A stretch of 26,509 nt of DNA, taken from Candidatus Jordarchaeia archaeon (GTDB taxonomy: Archaea; Asgardarchaeota; Jordiarchaeia; Jordiarchaeales; Jordiarchaeaceae). Within the stretch, counting starts at the first letter, position 1; each line of letters opens with the position of its first letter. The notes below the pieces were generated by a model. The model did not search any database. It was not told the DNA's origin and worked only from the letters and a program-made list of their open reading frames with translations. The translations under genes and the position numbers were made by a program. Location of the stretch: contig JAHQXB010000055.1 of assembly GCA_029856435.1 (NCBI GenBank), forward strand, positions 1-26,509, in the 5' to 3' direction. Below, piece after piece: positions 10,336 through 18,873 of the stretch.

Positions 10336-10848
10336 TTAAGCCATTAGCAGCGTACGAATCAATCTGCTACGCAAAATACCTTTCTTACTTAACTGGGATA
10401 GATCTTTGAAAAGCTTAATTTTGATGTATTCCTCGCCGCCAGGCAAGTTTGCGTATCTCTTATATTCTTGGAAAAATTCCGTAAAATCGCTTACGCTTGC
10501 CAGTTTAGATTCGATCCCGGGAGAAATTCTTATCAGTGCATCAGGATCTGAGGCTCTTCCACCAACTATCCTAAAAGACTGCACACCACTTTTAATCATA
10601 TAGAACAAGTTTCCTCCAGTATTAAATTGAAGTGTAATGTCTTCAACATTTTTACTTGCCTCAATCATTTCTGGAGAAGCCAACCTTTCTTGTAGCCACC
10701 CCATCAAGTTTGCTTTTTCAAGGCAAGAATTAATAGGCGTAACATCTTTATTAGTTTCTTTAGTTAATGGTTTGAGAATAGTGCTCTTGGTATAACTAGT
10801 TTCAACGTTATTCTCTGATTGGCCCTTAAATACTTTTAATATTCTCAA
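10336..10848 (-). CDS. Hypothetical protein with divergent SCP2-like domain
   Basis: 'ITLQFNTGGNLFYMIKSG..FRIVGGRASDPDALIRIS' resembles the SCP2 beta-strands and the G...PD motif. TTG start with GAGGT RBS upstream on the minus strand. Confidence 0.55.
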   Translation of the reverse strand: MRILKVFKGQSENNVETSYTKSTILKPLTKETNKDVTPINSCLEKANLMGWLQERLASPEMIEASKNVEDITLQFNTGGNLFYMIKSGVQSFRIVGGRASDPDALIRISPGIESKLASVSDFTEFFQEYKRYANLPGGEEYIKIKLFKDLSQLSKKGILRSRLIRTLLMA

Positions 10849-11127
10849 ACTGCTTACCTCACTCGCAATTTTTCTTGGCTTATGAGTAATAATTAAATAA
10901 ACTTAGTTAAAAATGTTTCCAATTCTACCAATAAATTTTAAAAAAATTTCAAAAAATAGCTTGCTTATTTGCGAATAATTTCTTCCATATTAAAAATAGG
11001 TGTTGAGAATAATAAATGGAATAAGTTAATATACTATCTTGGGTTCTTAGAGGAAAGTGAGGAATAAAAAAAATATTTAAGGCCAAATTAATCAACTACA
11101 CATCATCAACAAAAAAAGGGGAGAAAA

Positions 11128-12295
11128 ATGGCTAAAATAACAGTCTCCTTAATAAAAGCAGACATAGGTTCTATAGCTGGTCATACAACCGTGCATCCAG
11201 ACTGCATAGAAGCTGCCAAAAGCTCGTTAGAAAAAGGACAGAAGGACGGAATAATAATCGATTTTCATGTAACTCACGCAGGCGACGACCTAGAACTAAT
11301 TATGACACACAGAAGGGGTGAAAATAACGAAAAAGTGCACAAGTTGGCATGGGACACCTTTACTAAGGCAACCGAAATTTCGAAAAAATTAAAGCTATAC
11401 GGAGCAGGACAAGATTTACTCAAAGACACATTCAGTGGAAATGTCAAAGGAATGGGCCCTGGAGTAGCAGAACTAGAATTCGATGAACGAGGAAGCGATC
11501 CACTAATAGCTTTTATGGCCGATAAAACTGAGCCGGGAGCATTCAACTTACCCCTCTTCAAAATTTTCGTAGACCCATTCAACACAGCAGGATTAATAAT
11601 TGATCCCTCACTACACCAAGGATTTATCCTCGATGTCTACGATGTTGTGGAAAATAAAAGCGTTCGCTTAAACTGTCCTGAGGAAATGTATGACGCTCTA
11701 GCGTTAATTGGGACAACGGGGAGATATATAATTAGAAAAGTATGGCGAAAAGACGGATTACCATGCGCAGCAGTTTCTACGACTAGGCTCAGCTTAATAG
11801 CAGGTAAATACGTAGGAAAAGACGACCCCTGCGCCTTGGTACGCTCTCAACATGGACTACCCGCCACCGGAGAAGTCTTAGAACCCTTCGCTTTCCCCCA
11901 CCTAGTAGCAGGTTGGATGAGGGGCAGTCACACAGGGCCTCTTATGCCGGTCGGCGTAAAGAATGCTGTTTGCACAAGGTTCGACGGCCCCCCAAGAATT
12001 GTCGCATTAGGTTTCAATGTTACTGACGGTCATCTAGTTGGACCCGTAGACTTGTTTGACGACCCAGCATTTGACTTAGCAAGACAAAAAGCTAATGAGA
12101 TAGCAGAATACATGCGCAGACATGGTCCCTTCATGCCTCACAGGCTAGGACCCGAGGAGATGGAATACACTTGCGATATTCTCTTTTCAATTATTTATAT
12201 AAATACTCTTTGTAATTGAGGTAGCCCTCTCGCAGTAGAATACCCTCCCTGGCGTCCTGAAAAAATTAGCGGATAGATTCGTTAAAGAAGATTAG
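11128..12295 (+). CDS. fbp: Bifunctional fructose-1,6-bisphosphate aldolase/phosphatase (class V FBPase); split gene join(11128..12170,12241..12295), 365 aa when spliced
   Basis: 'IKADIGS', 'HAGDDLELIMTH', 'YGAGQDLL', 'GNVKGMGPG', 'ADKTEPGAFN', 'YVGKDDP' and 'GWMRGSH'. The ORF track ends at 12219 in a non-family tail (CDILFSIIYINTLCN). The family-type tail TLPGVLKKLADRFVKED* lies in another frame at 12242-12295. AGGGGAG RBS at 11117-11123. Confidence 0.95.
12171..12240 (+). other. Putative bulge-helix-bulge (BHB/BHL) mRNA intron in fbp, 70 nt
   Basis: 5' strand: ATAC (12165-68), bulge ACT (12169-71), TGCGA (12172-76). 3' strand: TCGCA (12230-34), GTAG (12235-38), bulge AAT (12239-41). Cutting after the second nucleotide of each bulge gives GAA TAC AC|T ACC CTC CCT = EYTTLP. 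Confidence 0.85.
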
Positions 12296-12305
12296 TCTAA
12301 AACCC

Positions 12306-12321
12306 TTTTTTTATTTTTTTT
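12306..12321 (+). terminator. Oligo-T terminator candidate for fbp
   Basis: T7-A-T8 tract 10 nt after the spliced-frame stop at 12295, consistent with the transcript covering exon 2. Confidence 0.6.
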
Positions 12322-12759
12322 AACTATAATTTGAAGTTTTTATTCTTCTTTAAGTGTTAATTATGAGTCGGCTTGCGCTCATTTTTTATCTAGAATTACA
12401 AAGCAAGTATCATTCTCGCTTATATCTTCTTCCTTTTGGCAAGCTACACATTTTGTAAAAGTTTCTTGTATTTACGGATTCACGGTTTCAAGTTTTGATT
12501 TTGGAAAAATATGACTTAGGTTTGTTAAAGTTCTCCAATTTTTTTTAAGCCCTTAACTCTTTTCCTAGATTATGCGGTTTCCTGTGAATTCTTCGCACTA
12601 TCTAAATATTAAGCTTCGCTTTCCCCTTTGTGGTTACAAATGTAGTGCCCAACTACTAGTGCTATTGAGGTACAAAACGAATATTTGGGAGTTACTCAGT
12701 GGCTTGAGAACTATTCTATCCCCTAGCTGCAAGTACATTTTATTTGTTAATTTAATTAC

Positions 12760-12909
12760 TTATGCGGTTATTTCGTCAGTTCTTATGTTTGCTATGGTGT
12801 GGGCTAGTGTGTATCTGTATTTTCTTACGTCTTCTCCACATTTTTCTGTTAGGTTATCGTAGAGGTCTTTTAACTGGTTGAGGATGATTTTTATGGTTGT
12901 TTTGTCCAT
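12760..12909 (-). CDS. Small hypothetical protein, 49 aa (MDKTTIKIILNQLKDLYDNLTEKCGEDVRKYRYTLAHTIANIRTDEITA)
   Basis: Translated by hand; below the ORF-track cutoff. The minus strand here is A-rich like other coding strands in the window. Amphipathic helical pattern. Divergent from the AAA+ gene. Confidence 0.45.
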   Translation of the reverse strand: MDKTTIKIILNQLKDLYDNLTEKCGEDVRKYRYTLAHTIANIRTDEITA

Positions 12910-12933
12910 TTTCTGTCGCCTTTCTCTCTTGTT

Positions 12934-13003
12934 TGTATGTAGGCTATGTAACGTTTAAATATACAATTTTACATACATTTACATAATTTACATACTTGAC
13001 ATA
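12934..13003. repeat. TTTACATA iteron-like array (4 direct and 2 inverted copies)
   Basis: TTTACATA at 12968, 12978 and 12987, and TTGACATA at 12996. Inverted TATGTA cores at 12936-12941 and 12945-12950. Confidence 0.85.
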
Positions 13004-13069
13004 TATCTACACTAGTTACATTAATAAGGCTTTCGTATAATATATTTAAATAAAAACAGGGGAAGGATC

Positions 13070-14341
13070 TTGAGCTATGATATACTTATAAAAAAGGATA
13101 AATACAAACAGTTTAATTTGAGGGGAAATCCCTTTGTAAAGACTTCTGCGGAAGCTATGACTGAAGAGGAAATACTTAAAACACTAGTATTTACGGCAGA
13201 AGACGAATCAATAGCTACAAACATAGATATTGTCCTCAGCGGAGGCGGAGCAACTCTAAGTTTAGTTGGTGACTACGGAACAGGAAAAAGCGTTAGGGCT
13301 ATCGCTATATCTGACACATTTAAGAGACATAACGGAGTAGTTTTCTTTTGTAAGGTTCCCAGCGGAGACCCCGCCAGATATGCAAAGGCCCTTTTTGAGG
13401 CAGTTTGTCCCGAGGCTCTATCTCTAGAGCTTCCCCCCGAAGATAAAGATTTTATTTTTGAAACATATGAATATTATAAAAATTTGGTTATGAAAAATTT
13501 TGAGTTGGACTCCCACAAAGCCGGCAAAGATTTGGCAAACATTTTTTCAGTATTAAGCAAGAACAACTATATCACTTGTTTCATTATAGACGAGTTTGAA
13601 GAGTTGGCTTCTGGAGGGAACGAGAAGGAAATAAGAGAAGCATTCACACTTACCAGAGAGTATCTTTCAAGAGTTCATGGCCTAAATAAGCATATGACAG
13701 TTATTTGCAGTAGTCCCAAATCGTGGCATATGGTTAAAGAGGTTCATCCAGCGGTAATCTCTAGGATTATGGGAGAAATAGAGTTCGAAGAATTAGATAA
13801 TGATGCGGCAGTAGAGCTGGTTAGCAAAAGGCTAAAACTGTACAGAGAGGGAGACGCTCCTGATCCTCTTTTCCCCTTTACAAGGGAAATTATTGAGAGG
13901 GCCAATGAAGTAAGCTTTCATAATCCTCGCTACCTACTAGTTATTTTGAGAAGTACACTTGAGGCAGCTCTAAAAAGAGAGGGTAGCCAGAAGGTTGACC
14001 TCAATGATCTTGATACTGGTATTCGCCTAGCTAGGGGAAAGCTTAGTACAAGTATTCTCAAAAGAATGAAGGAGGAGCTTACTTCAAGAGAGCTCGAAAT
14101 TTTCTTGAAAATCTGTGAAAAGTTCAATGGGGGTCCCGTTTTTGCCAGTCAGTTGGCTGAGTCTCTCGATATTGACCAGGGAAACGTTTCAAGGTACCTT
14201 AACAAATTAGCGAAGATGGGATACCTAAAACAGACTCGGGATGGGCAAAAAGTTTTATTCGAAGCCAAAGAGCTTTACATAGTAGTTTTTGCCAAGAGAA
14301 AGGCAATTAAATCTGAGACCCAAGAAAAGAACGAAGATTAA
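13070..14341 (+). CDS. AAA+ ATPase with C-terminal winged helix-turn-helix (Cdc6/Orc1-like architecture)
   Basis: N-terminal 'FNLRGNPF', Walker A 'GDYGTGKS', Walker B 'FIIDEFE' and a possible Arg finger 'ISR'. C-terminal 'LAESLDIDQGNVSRYLNKLAKMGYL'. TTG start with AGGGGAAGG RBS. Confidence 0.8.
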   Translation: MSYDILIKKDKYKQFNLRGNPFVKTSAEAMTEEEILKTLVFTAEDESIATNIDIVLSGGGATLSLVGDYGTGKSVRAIAISDTFKRHNGVVFFCKVPSGDPARYAKALFEAVCPEALSLELPPEDKDFIFETYEYYKNLVMKNFELDSHKAGKDLANIFSVLSKNNYITCFIIDEFEELASGGNEKEIREAFTLTREYLSRVHGLNKHMTVICSSPKSWHMVKEVHPAVISRIMGEIEFEELDNDAAVELVSKRLKLYREGDAPDPLFPFTREIIERANEVSFHNPRYLLVILRSTLEAALKREGSQKVDLNDLDTGIRLARGKLSTSILKRMKEELTSRELEIFLKICEKFNGGPVFASQLAESLDIDQGNVSRYLNKLAKMGYLKQTRDGQKVLFEAKELYIVVFAKRKAIKSETQEKNED

Positions 14342-14367
14342 AGCAGATTTTCCTCTTTTTTGTAGCT

Positions 14368-16167
14368 TCATTCTTTAGTTAATGGTACATAATAATATTC
14401 GCCTTGCTCCTTCTGCAATCTATCTAATCTTGAATTCTCCTTGTTAATTCTAGGTCTACCGTTTTCTGGGTCTCTACGAAAAGTTATGTTTAAACCTTTA
14501 AGGAAATTGTTCATACCGGTTCTGAGATCTGTGGGTCTTGAAGCTTCTCCTCTCACTCCGGGTATACCGCTGAAGACCATTAAGCTGTCCGAAAGACTGT
14601 CCACACCAATTATATCGTGTTCTACTATAAAGGCGGCGCTAAGCCATTTTTCTATCACGCGCCTAACCGTCCTTGCCATTATCAGCCTTTGTTCCGACGA
14701 CAGAAAGGCGCTGGGCTCATCTAAAAGATATACGTCTGCTTCTCGAGCTAAACAAGCCGCTATAGCTACACTCTGAAGTTCACCGCCACTCAAATCTTTA
14801 ACTGACCTATCCAGCAAACCTTCCAGTTCCAGAGGTTTCAGTACATCAGATCTGAATTCACTACTAGTTGCTCTATTCCCACCGGCTTCTTTAAGCAGCG
14901 TTTGTACTTCTCCATCATAGTCCGCTCTTAAATACTGAGGTTTGTAACTAATTTTTATTTTCCTCTCAACAGGCTGCCCCTCATCTGGCTGAATCTCCCC
15001 AGCAAGCAATTTGATAAAAGTTGTTTTTCCAATACCGTTTGGACCAATTATTCCTATGACCTCCCCTCTGTGGATTTCACCCCCCTTTACCTCTAATGAA
15101 AATCCGTTATAGCTTTTCTTCATATATCCGAATTTAAGGAGAATTTCTTGACTTTCCCAACCTCCAGAAGGCGTGGGACTCGTATGAAACCTGATAGGCT
15201 CCGCACGAAAACGTAGGTTTTCGTCCGGAAGAAAACCATCTAGATAAATATTTATCCCCTCTCTAACACCATGGGGATGTGAAACTACACCATAAACTCC
15301 AGGTGTTCCATAGAACATACAAACAGCATCGCTGAGGTAGTCTACCAGAGCTAAGTCGTGTTCTATGCATATCACTGTTTTTTTCTCGTCGGCAAGTTTT
15401 CTTATCGCTCGGGCTATATTTAAACGTTGATAGATGTCCTCGTAACTTGAGGGCTCGTCGAAAAGGTAGACGTTAGCATCTCTTGCTATGGTAGCCGCTA
15501 TTGCTACTCTCTGAAGTTCTCCCCCACTTAAAACTCTAAGTTCTCGATCCCACAAACTCTTCAACTCCAGTTCTTCCGCCAGTTTTTTCATAATTCCCCT
15601 CTCATCGACTCTCTCAAGTAGCTCCCCCACCACCCCCTTCACAACCTCTGGCAACCGAGTGATATTTTGGGGTTTATGAACTACGCGTAATTCTCCATTA
15701 GATATTTTTTCGAAATAAGGCTGTAACTCACTCCCACGGTAATGCCTAATAATACTATCCCAGTCCGGAGGATTCCCATACTCACCCAAATTAGGCCTAA
15801 TCTCCCCAGCCAGTATCCTCAAAGCAGTAGTCTTACCCACACCATTAGGCCCAATCAACCCAGTAACCCTCTCAAACTGAGGTATCGGCAAACGGTAAAG
15901 CTTAAACGTGTTTGGGCCGTATCTATGCGTCAAGTCCCTCTCCAACTCTTCCGGAAGATTAATAATCCTAATAGCTTTAAAAGGGCATTTTTTGACACAT
16001 ATTCCAGTTCCTTGGCATAGTTGTTCGGATATTATTGCTTGGCCTGTTTGTGGGTCGAATGTGATGGCTTCGTTTCCTATTCTTACTGGTGGGCAGTATC
16101 TGTAGCATTCTTTGTGGCAGTCTTTTGGTTTGCATCTGTTTCTGTCGACTATTCCTACTCTTACCAT
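14368..16167 (-). CDS. rli: Ribosome recycling factor ABCE1 (RLI)
   Basis: N-terminal Fe-S domain 'CKPKDCHKECYRYCP...CQGTGICVKKCP' followed by two ABC domains (GPNGVGKT / LSGGELQ / DEPS, twice). Confidence 0.97.
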   Translation of the reverse strand: MVRVGIVDRNRCKPKDCHKECYRYCPPVRIGNEAITFDPQTGQAIISEQLCQGTGICVKKCPFKAIRIINLPEELERDLTHRYGPNTFKLYRLPIPQFERVTGLIGPNGVGKTTALRILAGEIRPNLGEYGNPPDWDSIIRHYRGSELQPYFEKISNGELRVVHKPQNITRLPEVVKGVVGELLERVDERGIMKKLAEELELKSLWDRELRVLSGGELQRVAIAATIARDANVYLFDEPSSYEDIYQRLNIARAIRKLADEKKTVICIEHDLALVDYLSDAVCMFYGTPGVYGVVSHPHGVREGINIYLDGFLPDENLRFRAEPIRFHTSPTPSGGWESQEILLKFGYMKKSYNGFSLEVKGGEIHRGEVIGIIGPNGIGKTTFIKLLAGEIQPDEGQPVERKIKISYKPQYLRADYDGEVQTLLKEAGGNRATSSEFRSDVLKPLELEGLLDRSVKDLSGGELQSVAIAACLAREADVYLLDEPSAFLSSEQRLIMARTVRRVIEKWLSAAFIVEHDIIGVDSLSDSLMVFSGIPGVRGEASRPTDLRTGMNNFLKGLNITFRRDPENGRPRINKENSRLDRLQKEQGEYYYVPLTKE

Positions 16168-16575
16168 GTCTTGGCCCTCAAGACCTTTTTTAGTCTTGCT
16201 GAAAAATTTTTGAATTTTAATTTGTGGTATTTTCTGGTTTATTTATAATTTTCATTTTTAGGTTGGAAGTGATGTCTAATAATCTTTTTTCAATTGGGCG
16301 AGGGTGTTGTTAACTTTTTCTCTTTTGATTTGTCTGTCAAACTGTTGGTTTTTTAAAATTGAAGATTAATCTTGCTGTGCTACTTGTTTGGGAAATTAAA
16401 ATTGTGAAGTATATTTGTAGAATTTTTTAGGGTGGTGGATATGGGGAGGATTTTAGCTTGGTGTGTTTTGAATTTTTGTCTACTTTTATATTTTTTATTT
16501 ATATAATTTTTATTTTTTTGTTATTTAATTCGCTTAGTTTTTATATTAAACTCAAATCAAAATTATGGTGATATA

Positions 16576-16752
16576 ATGACTAAAATGCAATCCCTTATAG
16601 CAGTCTTACTAACTGCAGTATTATTAACAGCAATCGTAGGAACAACCATAAGCGCAGGAGTTGTCAGCTGGACGCTAATGCCCTACGGCTCCTGGTTTGG
16701 CTGGCCAATCATTTTCGGCTGGATATTCCCAATGTTGCCCTTCCCCTTCTAA
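16576..16752 (+). CDS. Small hydrophobic protein, 58 aa (MTKMQSLIAVLLTAVLLTAIVGTTISAGVVSWTLMPYGSWFGWPIIFGWIFPMLPFPF)
   Basis: Translated by hand; below the ORF-track cutoff. GGTGA RBS at 16567-16571 and an AT-rich TATA-like element around 16539-16549. Signal-peptide or TM-like N-half. Confidence 0.7.
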   Translation: MTKMQSLIAVLLTAVLLTAIVGTTISAGVVSWTLMPYGSWFGWPIIFGWIFPMLPFPF

Positions 16753-16983
16753 AATTCACACGCCCGCTGATAACTCCTATTCTTTTTTTGTTAACCTAAG
16801 GCAAAAATTGCGGATCACCCTCTCAATAAACATAACTAGCGTTCATCAAAACTTTTTAACTAAATCCCCTATTCTTGGCACGGATAGAATAATTAAAATT
16901 TTTGAACATATGCCCTTTAATGGTTAATCTTAAAACTGGTTTATATTGAAGTTTATTTGGATGTGGACTGTGTATTTTAGAAG

Positions 16984-17760
16984 GTGTTTGATTTGAGGGA
17001 AGTCTGGCGTTTTTTGGATTTGGGAATAATTGATCCTCCTACCAGTGGTGCAGTAGGAGAAGCGATTCTTATAGCGCGCTCAAAAAATCTTGTCCCTGAC
17101 ACGCTTTTTCTATATCAGAGGGATCCCCCGGCATGTTCAATTGGTTACTTTCAAGCAGTAGAAAACGTTGTGAATGTTGAGGAGTGTAAAAGATTGGGTG
17201 TAGCTATTTCCAGAAGAATAACCGGTGGAGGTGCAATTTACTCGGATAAAGATAATCTCACCTACAATATTGTTGTGCATGAGAATAATAAGAAAGTACC
17301 ACAAGATATTCTAAAGTCCTATGAGGTGCTTTGTCGGGGTGTGGTGGAAAGCCTGAAAATGTTGGGATTAAATGCGTTATTCAAGCCTGTTAACGATATT
17401 CTAGTTGATGGGAGAAAGATTAGTGGAAGCTCACAAACTAGGAGGAAAAAAGTGGTATTACATCATGGAACACTTCTCATAAAAACAGACGTCAAAACCA
17501 TGTCGAAAGTATTAAAAGTGTCTAAAGAAAAGATGAGCGATAAGGTCGCCAAATCCATTGAAGAAAGAGTAATCAATCTTGAAACAGCATTGAAAGAGAA
17601 GCCCGACATAGAAGTCATTAAAAATATTTTAAAGAGGGGATTTGAAAAAGCTCTGGATATAGATTTAGTATCCGGAGAACTCTCAGAATACGAAAAAAAG
17701 TTGACTCATAAACTCGCCACCGAAAAGTACTCAACAAGAGAATGGAACTTTCGACGTTAA
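16984..17760 (+). CDS. Lipoate-protein ligase / octanoyltransferase catalytic domain (LplA/LipM family)
   Basis: 'SIGYFQ', 'RRITGGGAIYSD', 'NDILVDGRKISGSSQ' and 'HHGTLL'. No fused accessory domain. Confidence 0.93.
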   Translation: MFDLREVWRFLDLGIIDPPTSGAVGEAILIARSKNLVPDTLFLYQRDPPACSIGYFQAVENVVNVEECKRLGVAISRRITGGGAIYSDKDNLTYNIVVHENNKKVPQDILKSYEVLCRGVVESLKMLGLNALFKPVNDILVDGRKISGSSQTRRKKVVLHHGTLLIKTDVKTMSKVLKVSKEKMSDKVAKSIEERVINLETALKEKPDIEVIKNILKRGFEKALDIDLVSGELSEYEKKLTHKLATEKYSTREWNFRR

Positions 17761-18803
17761 AACCGGCATCTCTTTGAAAGCTTGTTTCTTATTTTAAATT
17801 CAAATTCACTTGGCAACGCACAACAAGAAGGATATCCTTCAATTTTTAGGCCCATATTTTCGGCTTCTCTTAAGGTGCTGGGTGTAGGGACAGCCATTCT
17901 ATCAACTACATACAAAGACAAATAATCCAGCCTTCCCCTTCGGAGACCACCTGGGCGCATACATCCCAAGGATATTGATACGCCTCTAAACATTAACCGT
18001 GCAATAGCAATCACCTTTACCACTGTCTCCGCGCTGGGAGGAGAAACATTCTCCATAAGGGTACCTCTTGTGGGAATAATTGTAATAAAAATCAATAATT
18101 CTGTACCGACTCTTCTTATCATTTCCAGAGCCCTGATTTCTCCTCCTATTCTCCCAAAATTTAACCCCACACAAACATGTGGAACCACATGCTTGATCCC
18201 AGCACGCAAATGGGTGCAAAGAGCCTTCTCATAGTCCTCAACTGTTTTATTTAATCCGTAAACGTTAGTTATGGTCTCATTATCGCCAACTACATCAATT
18301 GAGGCTACGTCAATATTAGCCTTAGCTAACCCTACCGCCAAATCCCAACTCAACAACCCCGTATGAACATTCAAAACTAGATCAGTGTTTTCCTTTACGC
18401 GTCTAATTGCGTCTAAGTATTTTTCGAGTGGAACGTACCCTTGGATGGTGCTTCCCCCACTTATCAAACAACCCGCCGCCCCCTCATGGTGCAAATCGAG
18501 GCACACTTGGTAAAGTCTATCGGGAGTCGAAGCAGGTATCATATGTTGGAGATAGTGGCGATTGCAGTGCGCGCATCTCAATTCACAATTTCTTCCAGTT
18601 ACAGATATCGATGGAAACAATCGTGAAGGATAATAAACGTGTAGGATGCGTCCCTTTTCCCGATCAGTTATTATTCTCGCCACTTCCAATAATTTGTCGA
18701 AATTTTTGCCCTCAACCTCTAAGAGGCTTTGCGCTTCCTGAAAGGTGATTTTTCTATCCAATGCTTGGTCTAGAATCGCCGCAAGATTTTTTTGTGCTTT
18801 CAC
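17757..18803 (-). CDS. lipS1: Radical SAM protein, LipS1-like archaeal lipoyl synthase subunit
   Basis: CxxxCxxC in 'SVTGRNCELRCAHCNRHYL', plus 'GCMR' and 'CC' near the C-terminus. These are the motifs I recall for Thermococcus LipS1. Adjacent to a lipoate ligase; the stop codons overlap (TTAA). Confidence 0.75.
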   Translation of the reverse strand: MKAQKNLAAILDQALDRKITFQEAQSLLEVEGKNFDKLLEVARIITDREKGRILHVYYPSRLFPSISVTGRNCELRCAHCNRHYLQHMIPASTPDRLYQVCLDLHHEGAAGCLISGGSTIQGYVPLEKYLDAIRRVKENTDLVLNVHTGLLSWDLAVGLAKANIDVASIDVVGDNETITNVYGLNKTVEDYEKALCTHLRAGIKHVVPHVCVGLNFGRIGGEIRALEMIRRVGTELLIFITIIPTRGTLMENVSPPSAETVVKVIAIARLMFRGVSISLGCMRPGGLRRGRLDYLSLYVVDRMAVPTPSTLREAENMGLKIEGYPSCCALPSEFEFKIRNKLSKRCRF

Positions 18804-18873
18804 TTCTGTTCACATAGAGAACTTCTTTGGTACTAAAAACATTTTTTCAATATAAATATATGAGGGTTTCCAG

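Noticed and set aside
12172-12219. ORF-track C-terminus CDILFSIIYINTLCN as the real end of Fbp
   Set aside because: It is read-through into the insertion; the conserved tail and the terminator lie downstream.
12163-12243. GAATAC direct repeat (12163-68, 12238-43) suggesting a transposon footprint with target-site duplication in fbp
   Set aside because: Removing 12169-12243 gives EYPPWRPEKISG*, which is not the family tail. Only the BHB-predicted cut restores EYTTLP. The repeat may still bear on how the intron arose.
12570-12769. 10-nt direct repeat TTATGCGGTT at 12570 and 12760
   Set aside because: Only two short copies 190 nt apart with unrelated intervening sequence; compatible with chance.
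12572-12862. 96-aa + strand ORF
   Set aside because: T-rich strand, no RBS or family motif, and it overlaps a more plausible minus-strand ORF.
15430-15460. ABCE1 D-loop reads PSSYED rather than the usual PSSYLD
   Set aside because: A single substitution with all other motifs intact; could be lineage variation or a base-call error.
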